A DNA stretch of 63,890 nt, filler included, from Sluysia triapertura (GCA_046118255.1; 5 parts of 5 records of this genome joined end to end with filler, not necessarily neighbours in it); one strand, 5' to 3'. Positions 1-14,459 are shown, numbered from the whole stretch's first letter. A program made the numbers and translations. The notes: generated by a model not told the origin, from the letters alone.

Positions 1-149
1 AGTGTTCTTTAGTTTTATCATATACATTATTGTCATTCTTGTCATTTTAGTAATAATAAATTGTGTTACGAAATTTTGTTTAATATTACATTATCGACTT
101 AATTTTTGATTTTTATTGTCGGGTGTTTAAATTTTGGGAATAATAGTTA

Positions 150-620
150 GTGATACCATAAGAGAACATTATTGAAAAAATATATTTAATAAATTGACTA
201 TTAAAACTATCGAGATTCCTTTAAGTCATATTGAGTCGCAAAAGCCAGTAATTTTTAAAGACGCAACAATAGAATAAATTATTAAAATATTATTTATTGG
301 GCACTAACTAAGGAGCATTTTTATTCAGATAAAATATTAGCTTATACAGTTACAGAAACGTCCTCCTCACTACATAAGATGTTTATTGTAGCCGGACCTT
401 GCTCAAAAATATTTTGCCGTGATTAGAAAAACAAAATATTTTTGATAAATTTCATTAAATAAAAACGATACCAACAAATTTGAAGATTTTGATATTTTAA
501 CAATTCATTCATATTGTCTTCATCGCAATATTTCTGAAATATTTCATAATAATGCAGTAATTTTACATTCTTCGACAGTTTGTTGTAGATTTTTGAAAAA
601 TAATCGATAGAGTCCCCTTC
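150..620 (+). mobile_element. possible highly decayed Penelope-like GIY-YIG endonuclease remnant
   Basis: Broken frames give FEDFDILT...HRNISEIFH, which resembles the C-terminal GIY-YIG motif of Penelope elements. Many stops are present, so support is weak. Confidence 0.2.
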
Positions 621-1499
621 ACCTATCTTATTATCACTGTAGATTCTATTTTAGAACATTAAATGATAATGTGGTTATGGAGTGATGGTTTTGATTAAAT
701 TTTGATAGAGTCGATAATGTGTCTTATAAAATTATATAAAATTAAGTGGTTTTGTCACAAAATTAATTAATTAATTAAAACAATTAGGTTAATTAAAAAT
801 AAACAAAGAAAAATTAATAAATTATTAGGTAAAGAAAAACTTTAATAGCCGAAGTCAAAAGAGTAAACAAAACTTGCGGGTCGCGCTCTTCCCTTTTGAA
901 GAACACTGTTTAGATGATATTATTCATTGAAAATTTAATCATTTGATGCAAATTAAAAAATTATTAATTGATTATTTTTGCAAATAGTAAATGGAGAATT
1001 ATGCAGTGTAAGAAAGCAATAGAATATATTTCATATTCTATCAAAATTTATTAATATTGCACAGTCACATTGAAAATGGACGAATCAATTAATTTTTCTT
1101 TCCAGTATTATTTGAAATGCAATACTTAGTGTGACAATATTTTTGCTGATAGTAAAATTTAAAAATTAAAAATGATTTGGTGTCTCATTTCAAGGAAAAA
1201 GTTTGTACAATATGAACAGAGTTTAATATGAACATTTAAGTCAAAAATTATTGAAACCATATGGTTTTCATGGAAAATTGAGTTTTATATGTTGTAGTTT
1301 GTAATAGTTTAATTTACCCAACAATTTTGATTTATACAAAATGAAGCTTTCATAACACCTTTTACTTTAGGTTTCAAAACTTCTATTCTTAGGTTAATAT
1401 TCATCAAACTCAAGAGGAAGACTAAATTTAAAAGTTTATAATTAAAAAACGAAAATTCATAAATACCGAAATTTTTATTAAACTCATGAAATTTCAAAT

Positions 1500-2886
1500 T
1501 TTTATTGTTTAGCAAGTTCATTGTACATACAATACTCTCGATTAGCCACGTTTCGCTATTTTATTATAACCAATGTTGTTATATATTTCTGAAGTTGTTA
1601 TTCCAATGCATTTTAGTAAATTCGTAAGTCTGAACAGATGATCTGTGTAAGACGAATATTCGGTTTTATGATTCACTACTTGATTAACTGTGTGTGCATA
1701 TACACAATTGATTCCGAATTTCGTGGATCTATCATTTAGGTCACTACTACATGGGCAAAGTGCTTTTCTAATACATTGATTTGAATATGATGAATTACTG
1801 AAATAGTTGAAATTGGATTGACAGTGACTGATGGAAAGTACGTTAAATTCTTGAACGTATAGCTAAAATGATGACGTTTATAAGGGTCATTGTAACGATA
1901 TACAGAACGTATTTTCAATTCTTTTTTACACTTGCCTTTGTACTCGATACTTAACTGTGATACATTCATTCGTAGAACTTTATTTGAAATTAAGTTAGGC
2001 TTGTATTCATCGTTCTTCTCTTCAAAGGTTTGAAAATATTAATGTTCAATATCTTACTTTCTTTAACTCGTATATTGATCATAAGCATTATTTTAAATGG
2101 AATAGAGTAATTATAAATCTTACCAGCAACTATTGGTGCAAATTTTACACTTTGATTCAAATAAATGGCCACAACATGACTAATTATGTCTACTCTCATT
2201 CGAAAATTCAACCTTTCTTAAGTCATCAAAAAGTTATCTTTATTATTTTCAAATAGTTCTGTACAAATTATCATCATAAATTCATAAAAGGTATGCTCTT
2301 TTAAATTTTCATTGGATCTATTCTCTTTTAAAATCGAATGACATTGAGAAAATATATTAATACAGTGATCAATGTTTGATCTCATATTATTGTCGAAACT
2401 GGTGGTGAGAATTCTCAAATTACAAATTTCACGTTTCATAAGATTGAATATATTTGGATAGCAATTTATAGAGGTAATAGTATGCTCTAAATTTTGATTA
2501 ATAAATTCTCTTGAAACATTGATATCGAACCTAGGATAGAGCGCAGGTAAATAAATATAATAAATGATGAATTCATCAATTTTTTCTGAAATACTAATAT
2601 ATAAACATTTTTGTCGTTCTTGAATATCATGTTCTCGATTATAGTTACATAAATTTAATAAAATAGTTTTGTTTGATGTAGTGGTAAATTGGAATTCAAT
2701 TGTTAAAGTCATTATATTCATATTTATAGGTTTGATTGTTTGAAATCTCAGATCTACAGTTGATACTCGTTTTACGAAACGTTTGTCTATCATTAAATCT
2801 AGATTATCCATAGTATTTAACGATATAATTATAAATAATTCACAAATTGTGCATTTACGATTTGAAAATAAAATATCAGCATCCAT
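1500..2886 (-). pseudogene. intronless cargo ORF of hairpin-cassette copy A, disrupted, unknown product
   Basis: Three consecutive minus-strand ORFs (2218-2886, 1990-2211, 1736-1969) with coding-like composition, separated by stops or frameshifts. They start ~170 bp from the hairpin at 3055. Confidence 0.55.
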
Positions 2887-3054
2887 TTTAATTTATTTGT
2901 TGATTTTAAAATATAAATGTTAACTTTTTGTTATTGATTAAAATTGCTTGCGCCGTTTTTGTTACTAACAATTGGTATGTGATAATTATTGTATCACTTT
3001 TTTAGTACGAATCAAATTACGCAACAACATAAGAACAAAAAAGAGCTTGTTTTG

Positions 3055-3155
3055 ATTGGTTGTTCAACCAGAGTGATAAAAATAATGATCATGAACAACC
3101 AATAATAGCGTTAAAACGAAACATGATTGACAGGCAAACCACGATCAGTGGTGAA
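3055..3155. repeat. hairpin cassette copy A (truncated)
   Basis: Perfect 12-bp arms attggttgttca (3055-3066) / tgaacaaccaat (3092-3103). These are followed by ccacgatcagtggtga, which matches the left arm ccactatcagtagtga of the hairpin at 59412, and then by pogo sequence. Confidence 0.65.
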
Positions 3156-3159
3156 TTTT

Positions 3160-3600
3160 AATTTAGATAATGATGGTACACAAGAGATATGATGCGAAAA
3201 GGTTGATTTGTATCAGCAGTGGTTTGGATTTCGAAAGCATGGAATAATGTAAAACCAGCGACTATCTCTAATTGTTTTACCAAGTCTTTCTAAAATGCAT
3301 CTGTTAAAGAAGTGAATACTGAATGTGATGACTTTCCATGTTTTGAGATTAATCCAAAATTTTATGAACACCTCTTGCTTGATCTAGTAGAGAAGTATGA
3401 AAAAGAAAGTTCTGAAAAAGAGGAAACAAATGATAATTTTGTTGAAGAGGTAGAAGATTCAGTAATGACAGGATACGAAGTCTATGAGTAAGCAAAAAAA
3501 ACTTGAAAAATACTTTCAAGCTAATATTCCTTATAAGTTGAACAAAATATGGGATCTGATTAATGCAATTCAAAGAGAAAATGCATCTAAGAAATTAAAA
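3160..3600 (+). mobile_element. pogo/Tigger transposase C-terminal remnant
   Basis: Translates to AVVWISKAWNNVKPATISNCFTK, the typical DDE_1 C-terminal 'AW..V....I.NCF' motif, followed by an acidic tail. Confidence 0.7.
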
Positions 3601-4791
3601 ATCAGACTTTATTAGGTTTCAAAGGAATAAAAATTATAATAAATAAGTATAAATACAAATTTTCTGGAAATATTTGTTATTGATATCTTAATGGATATTC
3701 ATATGATTTTTAAAATGAACATTTGAAAAAAGTTGTACTACGCTAAATTTAGTACAATAATTTAGTTCAACTCTAAAATTAGCCTAATATAATTATAGGT
3801 GTAAATAATTTCTAAATTTAGTTCAATACAAATTAAATGATACACAAAACCAATAATCAATAAATATTAGTTTTAATAATTTGTTTATAATATATTAAGT
3901 AGTATAAAATTTAATAAATAAATTAATAATTTATTTAAAATTTAAAAATTATAAAATTTTAAATAATAAATGTTTGTACACATAAAAATATAGATTTTTT
4001 GTAAATTTTGCTTTAGGAAATTGTTTTACTAAATTTCAAGGTCATATTATATTAATTTATAAATGTATGATCTTATAATTCTTGACACACAAAAAAACAT
4101 AAAATTCTATAATTATTCCTCGGTATTAACAGTGATCATATTTTACAATTCCACGTACAGCAAAGAATTTTTTGCAAATGCTCTTCAATTTTTATATATT
4201 CTGTTATAGTTAGTTTATATTTGTAAGTCAAACCTATTCTAAATAGGTAGTAAAATTATTTTGAAAGATATTTTTTTAAAGTGAACTGTTAAATTAAAAT
4301 ATTTATTAAAATTTATTAAAATTATTTTGATTATATATTAATCATAATAAATTTTTATTATTTAATAAATTTTCTATTATTTATGAAGTCATCTATTTGA
4401 AACCATTGTGCTATCCATTTTATTCCTTCAATCGATTAGTGTATCCTTTATTGTATTATTAATAAACTTAAAAATTGTTAATAAACTTGTTGATTTAATT
4501 TTGATTATTTAAAAATACTAAAGGAGTGTCGTTTATAATCATGCGGTTATAAACTTGACTTAAAATTATAATTATTGATTCGATTTAGTAAGGATAACGT
4601 TTATAATTACATGGTAGTAAAATCTAACGCAAAAATACTAAATACTATTATATATTATTAAATACTATTATATATTATTATATTAATTAAACCTCCAATT
4701 AATTGCATAAGTGTTTAAGTCTATGATCGTAGGGACTCACATATTAATTTTCACATTATATATTCAAACTTAAAATTTCTCTACACACATA

Positions 4792-5910
4792 CAGGGTGTC
4801 CCAACAGAAACTTAAAAAATTAGATCTCAAAAACGACAAATTTAATAAGTATTTGTAGTATTTACAAATGTTCAAAATGTCCTCCTTGAACTTCAATACA
4901 AGCACGCCATCTTTTGACAACACTGCGACATACTTTCTGGCAAATTTTCTCTGGAATTTGGCTCCATTAGTGCTGAATACTTTGTTTTAGCTGTCAATTG
5001 TCTTATGCTTTTAGGCATAAATTGCAGCGTCAGATCCGGAGATATGGCAGGCCATTCGATTTGTCCTCGGCATTCATTCCAACATCTAGGAAATGTTTCA
5101 TCAAGCCATTGTCGAACATCTTTGGTGTAGTGCGCAGGTGCTCCATCATGTTAAAAACGAAGATCATCTAAATGGGGCAACTTATTAACAATAGGAAACA
5201 CTTTAGTCTTCAGCATATCACTAACAGTTCCTTCACATTAACAGTTCCTTCAAAGAAGAATAGGCCGGTGCCAGCGATTGACTTTCAATAATACCATGAA
5301 GTCCCAATAAACACTATTAACATGTCCATTCAGTTTGAAGCAAGCTTCATCACTCCATAAGATGCAATCTGGAAAATCTGGTGATTCTTCACAAAATTGT
5401 ACAAAATTATAATCGTTTATCCGGGTCATCCTCATTTAGGACATGAAGAAAATGAGGTTTGTATGGTTTTAGACCAATGTCATGAAAGATACGATGGAGT
5501 AAGGTTCGAGAAATGCTCAGCTCTTTCGATTTTATAGGAGATTGAACAAATGCAGCTGAACGAACTGTTTACGGATGGCACACTTCCAATTTGGATGCAA
5601 GATTGAACATTGTCAACTTACTCTGAAGTTTTTATTCTTCAACATGTTTGTAACCAGTCCGTGTATAGTAATGCATAATAACGAAGATATGTTGGTTTAA
5701 ATCTAAAGTCCTTCGCTGCATTTTTAAGAATGAGGGTCCAGAAGCGCACGATGAACAAAAATCAATAAGATCATGCAACAAAAGTTATTCCAAAGACTTC
5801 TATTCGCAGAAGGAAATGAATAGTAGTGAAGATAAGATAAAATGTCATAAAAGAAATTACATTTGTCGTTTTTGATATGTAATTTTTATTTAAGTTTGCG
5901 GTTCGGTTAC
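4792..5910 (-). mobile_element. Tc1/mariner-superfamily DNA transposon, decayed
   Basis: Left end TA|CAGGGTGTCCCA. A ~35-50 bp TIR pair (gaaacttaaaaaattagatctcaaaaacgacaaat versus 5861-5897). Minus-strand motifs ILWSDEACFKLNGHVN, HDGAPAHYTKDVRQWLDETFP and IEWPAISPDLT. Confidence 0.9.
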
Positions 5911-6444
5911 TTTAAGTTTATATAATTCATTAATTCATTATTTAAGTTTAATTAATTCATTAATTTAAAGGTCCTCTCAGTTTCCGTATTCACGTATTAA
6001 TTTTTTGAGTGTTTTTATGCTACTAATATGCGAAGCACGTACAAATTTAAAATCAGAATACCAGAAATTAACTTAAAATAAAAGACCTTTATACCATTGA
6101 AATTATTAAAAACCACTTAGCTTACAAGAGACTTATAAATTTACTATTATATAAAGTCTGAAATTTGCGCTTTATATGTATTCTTATTGTTAATTTTACA
6201 AAATGTCTCCTTTTTCTTTTTGGTATCAGTTTTACAAATTTAAATTAATTTTGAATTCATATTTAAAATGCTTGTACAAATGCACAACCATTAGTTTATA
6301 TTTTGTCACTAGACCTTTCAATATTGTTTTGATAATACAATATTATAAGTACAACACATTAAAATTATATAAATGAGTTGTAGTATATGGTTCAGAAAAG
6401 TATGCAAACGTGTCATATAAGTTAAAATAAAAATACATATTAAC

Positions 6445-6594
6445 CTCATTCGATACAATATCAGTAAGGAATCGAATAGAAAGTTGAGATAATCGAACTT
6501 TTTTCAGTAAATTTGGTAACCACTTGATTCTTGTGGACTTAGAATAATAAATCCATTTTATAATTGCTTTGTAGACTGATTCTTCACTATACAC
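6445..6594 (-). CDS. internal exon of a Kelch-like (BTB-BACK-Kelch) gene, BACK domain
   Basis: 150-nt AG/GT-bounded exon encoding VYSEESVYKAIIKWIYYSKSTRIKWLPNLLKKVRLSQLSIRFLTDIVSNE, matching the BACK pattern 'E..V..A...W......R......LL..VRL..L...FL'. Confidence 0.85.
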
Positions 6595-6840
6595 CTAAAT
6601 TACATTGTATTTAACTTATTAATATGGTTGTGTAAACTACCCTAATATAGTTGTGGAGTAAAAATAATAATGATTTGAAGCAAAATGGTAATAATAGCAA
6701 TAATTTGAATAGAATAATAATAATAACTTTATTGTATAACAATAACAATTTAGAATTGGGATAATAGAAATCTATAGTCGAGGGATTATTATAGAACGAG
6801 ATTATTGATTAATGAAATTAGAAGAATGAACTACCATGTG

Positions 6841-7720
6841 TATGGTGGTCAACCCTTAATACTATTAAAATTTTATAAAAGTAACCTTAACATTTTAATA
6901 TTCACACATTATCTTATTTACAATCTTATAACTCACACTTCACATTTACATTCAATACTACCAATTTAAACCAACAAATCCATCAAAAAGACATTACTCG
7001 ATATTCATAATAATCAAACAACACCTTAAATCCATCATTTTCATTACATAACTACTAACACAAAAAACAATAACATTCAAAACAACAAGAAAACAAAACA
7101 CGTATAACAGTGAACTATAACCTTTCAAATATACTAAGAGCTATACTATAATTTATTGTTTCGCACTTACTAAACCACACTCTTCTCAATGTATTTTTTG
7201 TTCGCAATCTCTCAATGTTTAAATGTCGTTTTCAGCCACTCTAACATCCTACATTTTACCACATAACACAAGCATTCTTACCATATAAGATTACGACAAG
7301 TATACGTAAAGATCTTTAGTATAAATATATGCAAATTTTATTTCTCTGTTAATTTAAAATATGTTAAGAATTAAAAGAACGAGACAGAAAGGTCGTGTAT
7401 ACTTATTACAAGAGATTTATGCATTTTGATATTTTTATATAAAAGTAATATTAGGAATAATAACAGCTTTATCATTATTATTATTATCAAAAATTTCATA
7501 AATTTGAATTAATTTGGTAAAAATTGTTACTAACATCACCAGTGTTGACATTGTTCATTACTGTCCACACATTTATGTCAACACTGATGATGATTAATCA
7601 TTCACAGCAGTCATTTTTGTTGTAATTCTAAATTTTGAATCAATGTTACTGGCCATCCAACCAGAACCAAGTTTATAAATTTCCAGACAAACAATTCTGG
7701 TTGGATGACTAATTACCGAT
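6841..7720. mobile_element. LTR-like hairpin-cassette copy B (inverted relative to the other copies)
   Basis: Terminus tatggtggtcaacc (reverse of GGTTGGCCACTACA-like), a CA-skewed tract, the conserved motif at ~7385-7430, and hairpins 7534-7592 (18-bp arms) and 7654-7707 (13-bp arms). Confidence 0.75.
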
Positions 7721-7802
7721 CATCTAACACAAAAATAAAAGTTTTAATAATAAATAAAATTTAAACATTAAAAATTTTGAGAAAAAATTTTACAAAATTA
7801 TC

Positions 7803-8880
7803 ATGGACAAGTTGCATTCTCAAATTCTGGATCAGCAAAATAACTATTATCAAAACGAAGTTCAAAAGTAACAATATAACTACAAGTTTTACATATAATA
7901 CGTCAAATGTCATGGAAATTAGTTAATGTTTTAGTGATATTATTATCATACAATCCTACAATAAAACATTTCGGTTTAATGATTCAGGATATTCACACAT
8001 TGTGCCAAAACTTATTACCTTTGCTAGGATTCTATTAGAAGTTAAACGCTTAAAAATTTATAAATCATTATCCTCATCGAATGATCATAATCATCTCAGC
8101 TACTATAATGTATCTACTGGGAATCATGATATAATTCAATAATTAAAATTTGAGTCAAATGTAGAACTAATTAAGTTAATCGTTGTATCGGTTCAAATTT
8201 CAAATATTTTATGGCGATTATACTTTCTCAAATGTTACAAATACATAATCACAATAGAACCAACTATTATATCAGAACTACTAATAAATTCAGCTTACGC
8301 TAGTCGATATAATACCACAAATCTGCAAGTGTACTTATTAGGTTGCATTCAGAGATCAGAAAGTCTAAGTGATCCAACAAATATGTTTTAATCAAAGATA
8401 ATGAAGACAGTCAATTTTGTATCAAGTGGTTCACATGCCCAATTCATTCTATCATCATTATTCATTTAGGTGTATTAAATTTAAAGTCATGTTTACACAA
8501 AAAATACAAATGCTTGAACCAAAATTAAAGGTTAATAAATCACCCAAGGTGATACTGATTCTAGAAGTCACGAAATATTTAACTACGTTCATATATACCT
8601 GAAATTGCGACGTAAGGATTGCATATAAGTAAATTTAATGATCAAAGCTGTGTAAGGAATACGCTCATCTCTTCATTTTTTATACCGGTAGAACTACTAA
8701 CAAACTTGTTCCATACTCAACCATTGGCGAATCGACATTACGAAGATGACAAACCTGATATCTACTACTTGAGACCAATGAGTGTATTACTAAAATTTTT
8801 CATAAATTAGATGTGCAATTTTTTGTTTAGACGATCGATCAGAAGATGGGATTCGTGATGCGCATGGAGATGCGGCGACA
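7803..8880 (+). pseudogene. disrupted intronless cargo ORF of copy B
   Basis: ATG at 7803, ~95 bp after the hairpins, on the strand predicted by the inverted orientation. About 1 kb of coding-like sequence broken by stops (short ORFs 8417-8602 and 8619-8810). Confidence 0.45.
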
Positions 8881-9769
8881 AAATTAATATTTCATAGTTT
8901 AATAAAAAATAAAATCCTTAGAGTTTTTTACACGTCTTTTGTTCATTCATATAAATTGTATTTTGATAAATTATATAATAATTTTAAATATTTAATACTT
9001 AGCAAAATATTAATAATAACCGAGTGTATGTAAAGTTAATAATCAAATATCATAATTTTTTGTACAAAAGAATTTTGAATTTAATAAATGATTTTAATAA
9101 TTTGAAAGTAAATTTTGTTAATTTCATAAAAATCACACTAAATTGGTGTCACAAGACAATAATACTACTAAAATATGTAAGATGTTTTTCACAATTTTCT
9201 AAACTGACTTATAAATATGTTTCGATATTTTGAACACATTACCGATAATTTGCAATTACGTTTTTGGACCATTTAGCTAATAATTTAATGTTATTAATTA
9301 AATTTTTCGGAGCATCTTTGGAGTATAGGGGACCATATTTCTGATTTTTGGTAGATATTTTGGATGATAATTTAACATTGTTAACTAAGTCCTTTTTTAT
9401 ACTGGTAATTTGTATAATATCTTAATTCATTTAACTTTGTAAAAGAATAATTAACAAAATTTAAATTTTTAATAATTAAAATAGGAGTAGTCTATTAAAT
9501 TCAAAATTGTGAGTGGTGCGCTTTATTTATCATAATTGTAGTTAAGTTATTCTAATTTTGCGTAAATATATTTTAGTGCATCAATAATTAGTGTTGACTT
9601 TGAAACTAAAGGGGAGAATTTGGTCCAGGGTAAAAATTTGAAATTCTCATAAGGCACTTCCACCTCTTACTTCAGAGACAAGTTTTAGGGTTTTGAGTTC
9701 TGTACACCAATTTAGGGTGTGAGCTATTTTAAGTAATGAAACAGAATAATTGTTACTGGTATTTTAAAA

Positions 9770-11179
9770 TATAAACCTCAAAACCCCTAATGTTGTTTTA
9801 TTATTTAGGTCGATTATAGCTTTGAACCTACAATATCTATGAGATGATATTATAATTTGGCTTATTGAATTACAAATTCTAAATCTTATTATCAAGTTAT
9901 TGAGGGCAACATAAAATATCCTATCTCTTTTTGTTTCAAGATATTCGAGGTTTTTATTACCATGTATACACATCTAATAATTAACGAATTATTGAACACG
10001 CTGAGAATAATATTTATTAAAATATCAAAAATTTTAATAAAATAGTTAATAAATTTAGGAACTGAATGGACTATTCTATCATTTGTCAAAATTCTTCGCA
10101 CTGCATCACTAGGTATTGTGTTGTACCTACCTATACATAAATCTAAAATATTTACCCAATTAAAATAAGAGTAAAAATAAATAAAAATTTACTAGAGATG
10201 TTTTCTTAAGGTTAAAGTCTTCATCTCCTTCTTTATCTTCCGCTGTGACAAAAACCAAATTTCCAATTTGTTTGTTTCTAGTTGTGTATTGGTTTCTGCG
10301 AAAGTGTAATCCGAAATGACGATGAACTTGTGTCTTTATTATACTCATTACGTTGAAGTTTAAAAAGTTTTGGAAGACTGTGACATGTCTTTGAATGAAT
10401 GGATGTTGTTGATTAATTTTATTAGCTGGTCGTAATATTCCGCTCAAGGAACTAATATCGTCTTTTAGAATCACGTATAAAACGCACCTTACCACAATAC
10501 TAGTCCGTTCATCCGTTTCTACTTTTAATCGTTTAATTCTATATGCATTTTGAACAAGTTTATCTACTTCAACATTTAATCGTTTAATTATATACATATC
10601 TTCAACAAGTTTATATACTTTTACATTTAATTGTTTAATTATATACATTTGTTCAACAAGTTTATATTCCGCTATTTGAGTCACTTGACCCATAATACGC
10701 TCACTAAGTGGAAAACGTACAATATCGTAATGACAATGCTTTATAACTTCATTCGGAGCATCATTTATGATTACATCATGTAGTTTACTAACTAGCATCA
10801 GTTGAAGAGTTACCAAATCATTTTTTGTTACAATTTTATAATAATCTGGATTGTTAACATGATTAAGACTGCCTATTAATTCACGTATTTCTTTAATACA
10901 ACTTGGACATTGTGACGACATTTCGTTTTGGCCATAATCGTCTTTGATTGTTACTTTTATAATCCTTTTAAGCTCTTGTAAATAACACTCATCACTTACT
11001 ACAACACATCTGTTTTCCATGATTTTTAATGACGATTTTTGTTTCATGTGAACTATACGATAGCCGGATTCTGCTCCCATTACTTTTGAATATTTGTAGC
11101 GTCTAGTTACATTAGCACTAATAAACATTGTTTCAGACATAATGCATAAAAATGAATTTACAATAAAAGAACTATACAT
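9770..11179 (-). CDS. intronless cargo ORF of copy C (339 aa plus probable frameshifted C-terminus), unknown product
   Basis: Longest ORF in the window (10160-11179). It contains a 3x 17-aa tandem repeat. Coding-like frames continue to ~9770. Confidence 0.65.
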
Positions 11180-11222
11180 GTTTTATTTTTAGCTAGTTGT
11201 TGATAAAAGAGTATTATTATTG

Positions 11223-11985
11223 GTCATACAATCAGGCCTTTAAAAAAGAATGATGCATAAAAATAGGTCCTGATTGGGTGACGTGTGCAATACTTGTAGT
11301 TATAATTAAAAAATTATTACTTACTGATGATTGACCATCATCAGTGTTGGCACTTTAATAAGAATTGTGATACATAGTGTCAACACTGGTGATGATAGTG
11401 ACCAGTTTATATTGATTAAAATTAAATGAATTTATTTAAATAAAATAATTTAATGATTGATAATAATATTATTAATTATAATTTTGTTATTATTATTATC
11501 AATAAAACGCATAAAATTTCTTTAAAATATTACATACATGATCTTTTCTTTCTTTCTATTTATTTTTCTCGACATATGAAATTAAAATAAATAAAAATTG
11601 ATAAAATTGAACGAAATACGGACGGTAACATGGCACACTATGCTCGAATTATCGTCGTTATTTCGTTGTGTGACATTGAATTGCTTAACTGCATTGTATT
11701 TTGCTTAAATACTTGAAAGGTTTTGGTATGATGAAATAAATAAAAAATGTATTTGGGACTAAATTCCTGAGTAAGAATTGTTTTAAAGAATTGATAAATA
11801 CACTTAATCTTTGAAGTTATAATAATTGAAGTCTTGAATTGAATAAGAGAGTGTTAGAATAAGTTCTTCAATGTTAATTGAAGTTTATGTTTGAAGAAAG
11901 GATTTATGTATTGAAATATAATGGTTAAAAGGTTTATTGATAAGGTTGTAATTCATTGAATTTAAAAGGGGAATTACAATATAAC
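11223..11985. mobile_element. LTR-like hairpin-cassette copy C (runs into gap)
   Basis: Hairpins 11223-11282 (caatcagg/cctgattg core) and 11336-11394 (19-bp arms, two G:T pairs). Conserved motif at ~11505-11550. Segment 11880-11985 aligns with 47100-47205. Confidence 0.8.
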
Positions 11986-12085
11986 NNNNNNNNNNNNNNN
12001 NNNNNNNNNNNNNNNNNNNNNNNNNNNNNTTAATTAATTAANNNNNNNNNNNNNNNNNNNNNNNNNNNNNNNNNNNNNNNNNNNN
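11986..12085. other. artificial contig linker (44N-TTAATTAATTAA-44N)
   Basis: Six-frame stop 12-mer inside Ns. Identical spacers occur at 28650-28749, 40375-40474 and 52899-52998. Confidence 0.97.
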
Positions 12086-14398
12086 TGAGTAATGTAGAAA
12101 AACATTTATATTTTTATTTATTATTTTAATGCAAATATTTTAAAATTAATTTTCATAGTCGAATGAACAGGGTTACTCTAGTACTGCATAAGTAAAAAAG
12201 AAAAGGTAATATTTTTATATTTTTATTAAATTGAAAATCGATAATTTTAGTAGAACTATGACATACGAGGCACCAAGTTTCAAGCGAAAAGTTTTATGAA
12301 TTGTGAAGATTTAAATATATTCATCGTTATGATTGTGATAGTCGGATTATTGGCGGAGTTTTTCATAATTATGCATGAAAATTTAGGATAACGATTTACT
12401 TTCTACTGAGAAATATTTAGATTAATTATATTCTGTCGACCGAAATGCAAGCAGATCTCCGATGTAATTTTCTTTCTTGATATGATTCAAAATTACAGAA
12501 TGAGAGGAATGAATAATAGTGCTCTTATTAAAATAAGTTGGCTCTAATTAATCAGCGAGTTTATATGAATTGTGGGACCAGTTTTCAGAATTACTTAGTT
12601 GCTTTCTAATTTTGCTTGCAATTAAATGGGAGACTGAACAACACATATTAAGAGTGAACTTTGTAAATTTTTAAAAATAATACAAAAAATTAAAATTGTG
12701 AGCACTTATTAATTAGTGGAAATAAATAATATCCAAAAATTAGAATTTCAAAATGAATCTATTGCATTTAAAATCCATTTATTGTTAACAATATTTTTGT
12801 TAATCACGTTCTGACTTTGCTGGTTAACTTTCAAATATATCAATCTTTATATGATGTTTTAGAAATGCTGGTGGACAAAATGGTGTGCGAAGTGCATGAC
12901 TTACGAGATCGTTTGAATAAAATGGAAGAATTACAATTAAAACTGAGAAATCAATTTACAAACATGGAAAAACTAGTACGAGAAAAATCCATGGATCTTC
13001 TTATTCTAGAGCCTATGTCATACGTTTATGCAAAGTTAGTCTTAACTATTTCGCTTTAATTGATATCTCTAAACGATTCGATTTAAATTTTACTTTTGTA
13101 GTAAATAACTTTGTTGTAATGTAATAAATTTTTTGTTTCTTTAATGTTCGTTTCTTCACTGTCTTTTAATTTGATTACTTTAAGCTTTTTTCTTGAGAAT
13201 TTAGATTCTATTTATCGATTGCCAAAATATTCAAATATTAATTTATACTATTAGAATCCTCACTATATGTTATCAATTCAAATTACTTTATAAAATTCAC
13301 GATTGTCTTTAAGATTATCACTTGATATTGAACTTAACTAGAGACGTGAGTTATAATACTCGTCCTAAATGTTTAGGATGAAAGTGCTTAATAATTAATA
13401 TCTTTAATAGTCTTACTTCTTTATGTGGTTTAACTCTTAAAAAACTTAATCTATTAAAAATTTCATGAACTGTCTATTTTAAGTTTATATAAATATTTTT
13501 TTTAAATTTAAATTTAATTTATGTAACAAAGAAAAAACAAGATAAAATCGAAAAAAATTATTTATTGATAATTAAATGTTTGATTTTACAAAAAAATATT
13601 TCGTAGATTAGTAATAAAATAATAAACAAAACTACTAACAGATAATTTAATCAAATTTCAATGTCAAATAATTGTTATATAACTCGTAAATTCGATTGAT
13701 GGTTTCTTCTAATTGATGTGGAATTACAACTTTTATCGCAAGATTTGGAGAGAATTTTTTGTGTGATATCGACGAAAAACAATTCCTTTTTATAAAATTT
13801 TTTATATAGAATTCTAATTTAAATTCCTTTTTATATTGTAATTGAAATACAAAATTCCAAAACTTATACAAAATTCCTTTTTTATATATATGTAATTATA
13901 TAATTAAATTTCTAATATGTACAAAATATAATTATATGTGTGATTGAAATAAATTATATATGTAATTCTAATTTAATTTTTTAAATTTCTAATATGTGCA
14001 ATTCTATATAGTAACAAATTTTAAGAAATTCCAAAATAGTATTTATGTGTATGTAATTAACAAGTTATAAATAGTACATAAAAATTTTTAAGTAATAAAA
14101 GTACATATTTATAAGTAGTAATACATAAAAAATTTTTAAGTAATAAAAGTATATATTTATTATTCTTATTTCCTTTCTACGAAATATTAAATTAAAATTT
14201 TAAAATTTATAAATTAAAATAAGTGAATATTACAATTAAAATTTATGATATATTACTATTAAATGAATATAAATTAAACTATAAAAAATAAATGAATATT
14301 ACAATTAAAATTTATGAATCAATGTTAAAATTTATAACTATGAAAATATATTACTATTAAATAAATAATATTTATTAAATGAATATTTATCACCATGA

Positions 14399-14400
<2 letters not shown>

Positions 14401-14458
<58 letters not shown>
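14401..14458. repeat. (TTA)n microsatellite
   Basis: Perfect run of ~19 units. Confidence 0.95.

Positions 14459-14459
<1 letters not shown>

Noticed and set aside
10100-10180. FNWVNIL as a Bcl-2 BH1 motif in cargo C
   Set aside because: It lacks the invariant GR of NWGR and is too short to support.
12860-13020. Coiled-coil exon-like segment
   Set aside because: Plausible exon, but it has no recognisable family or partner exons.
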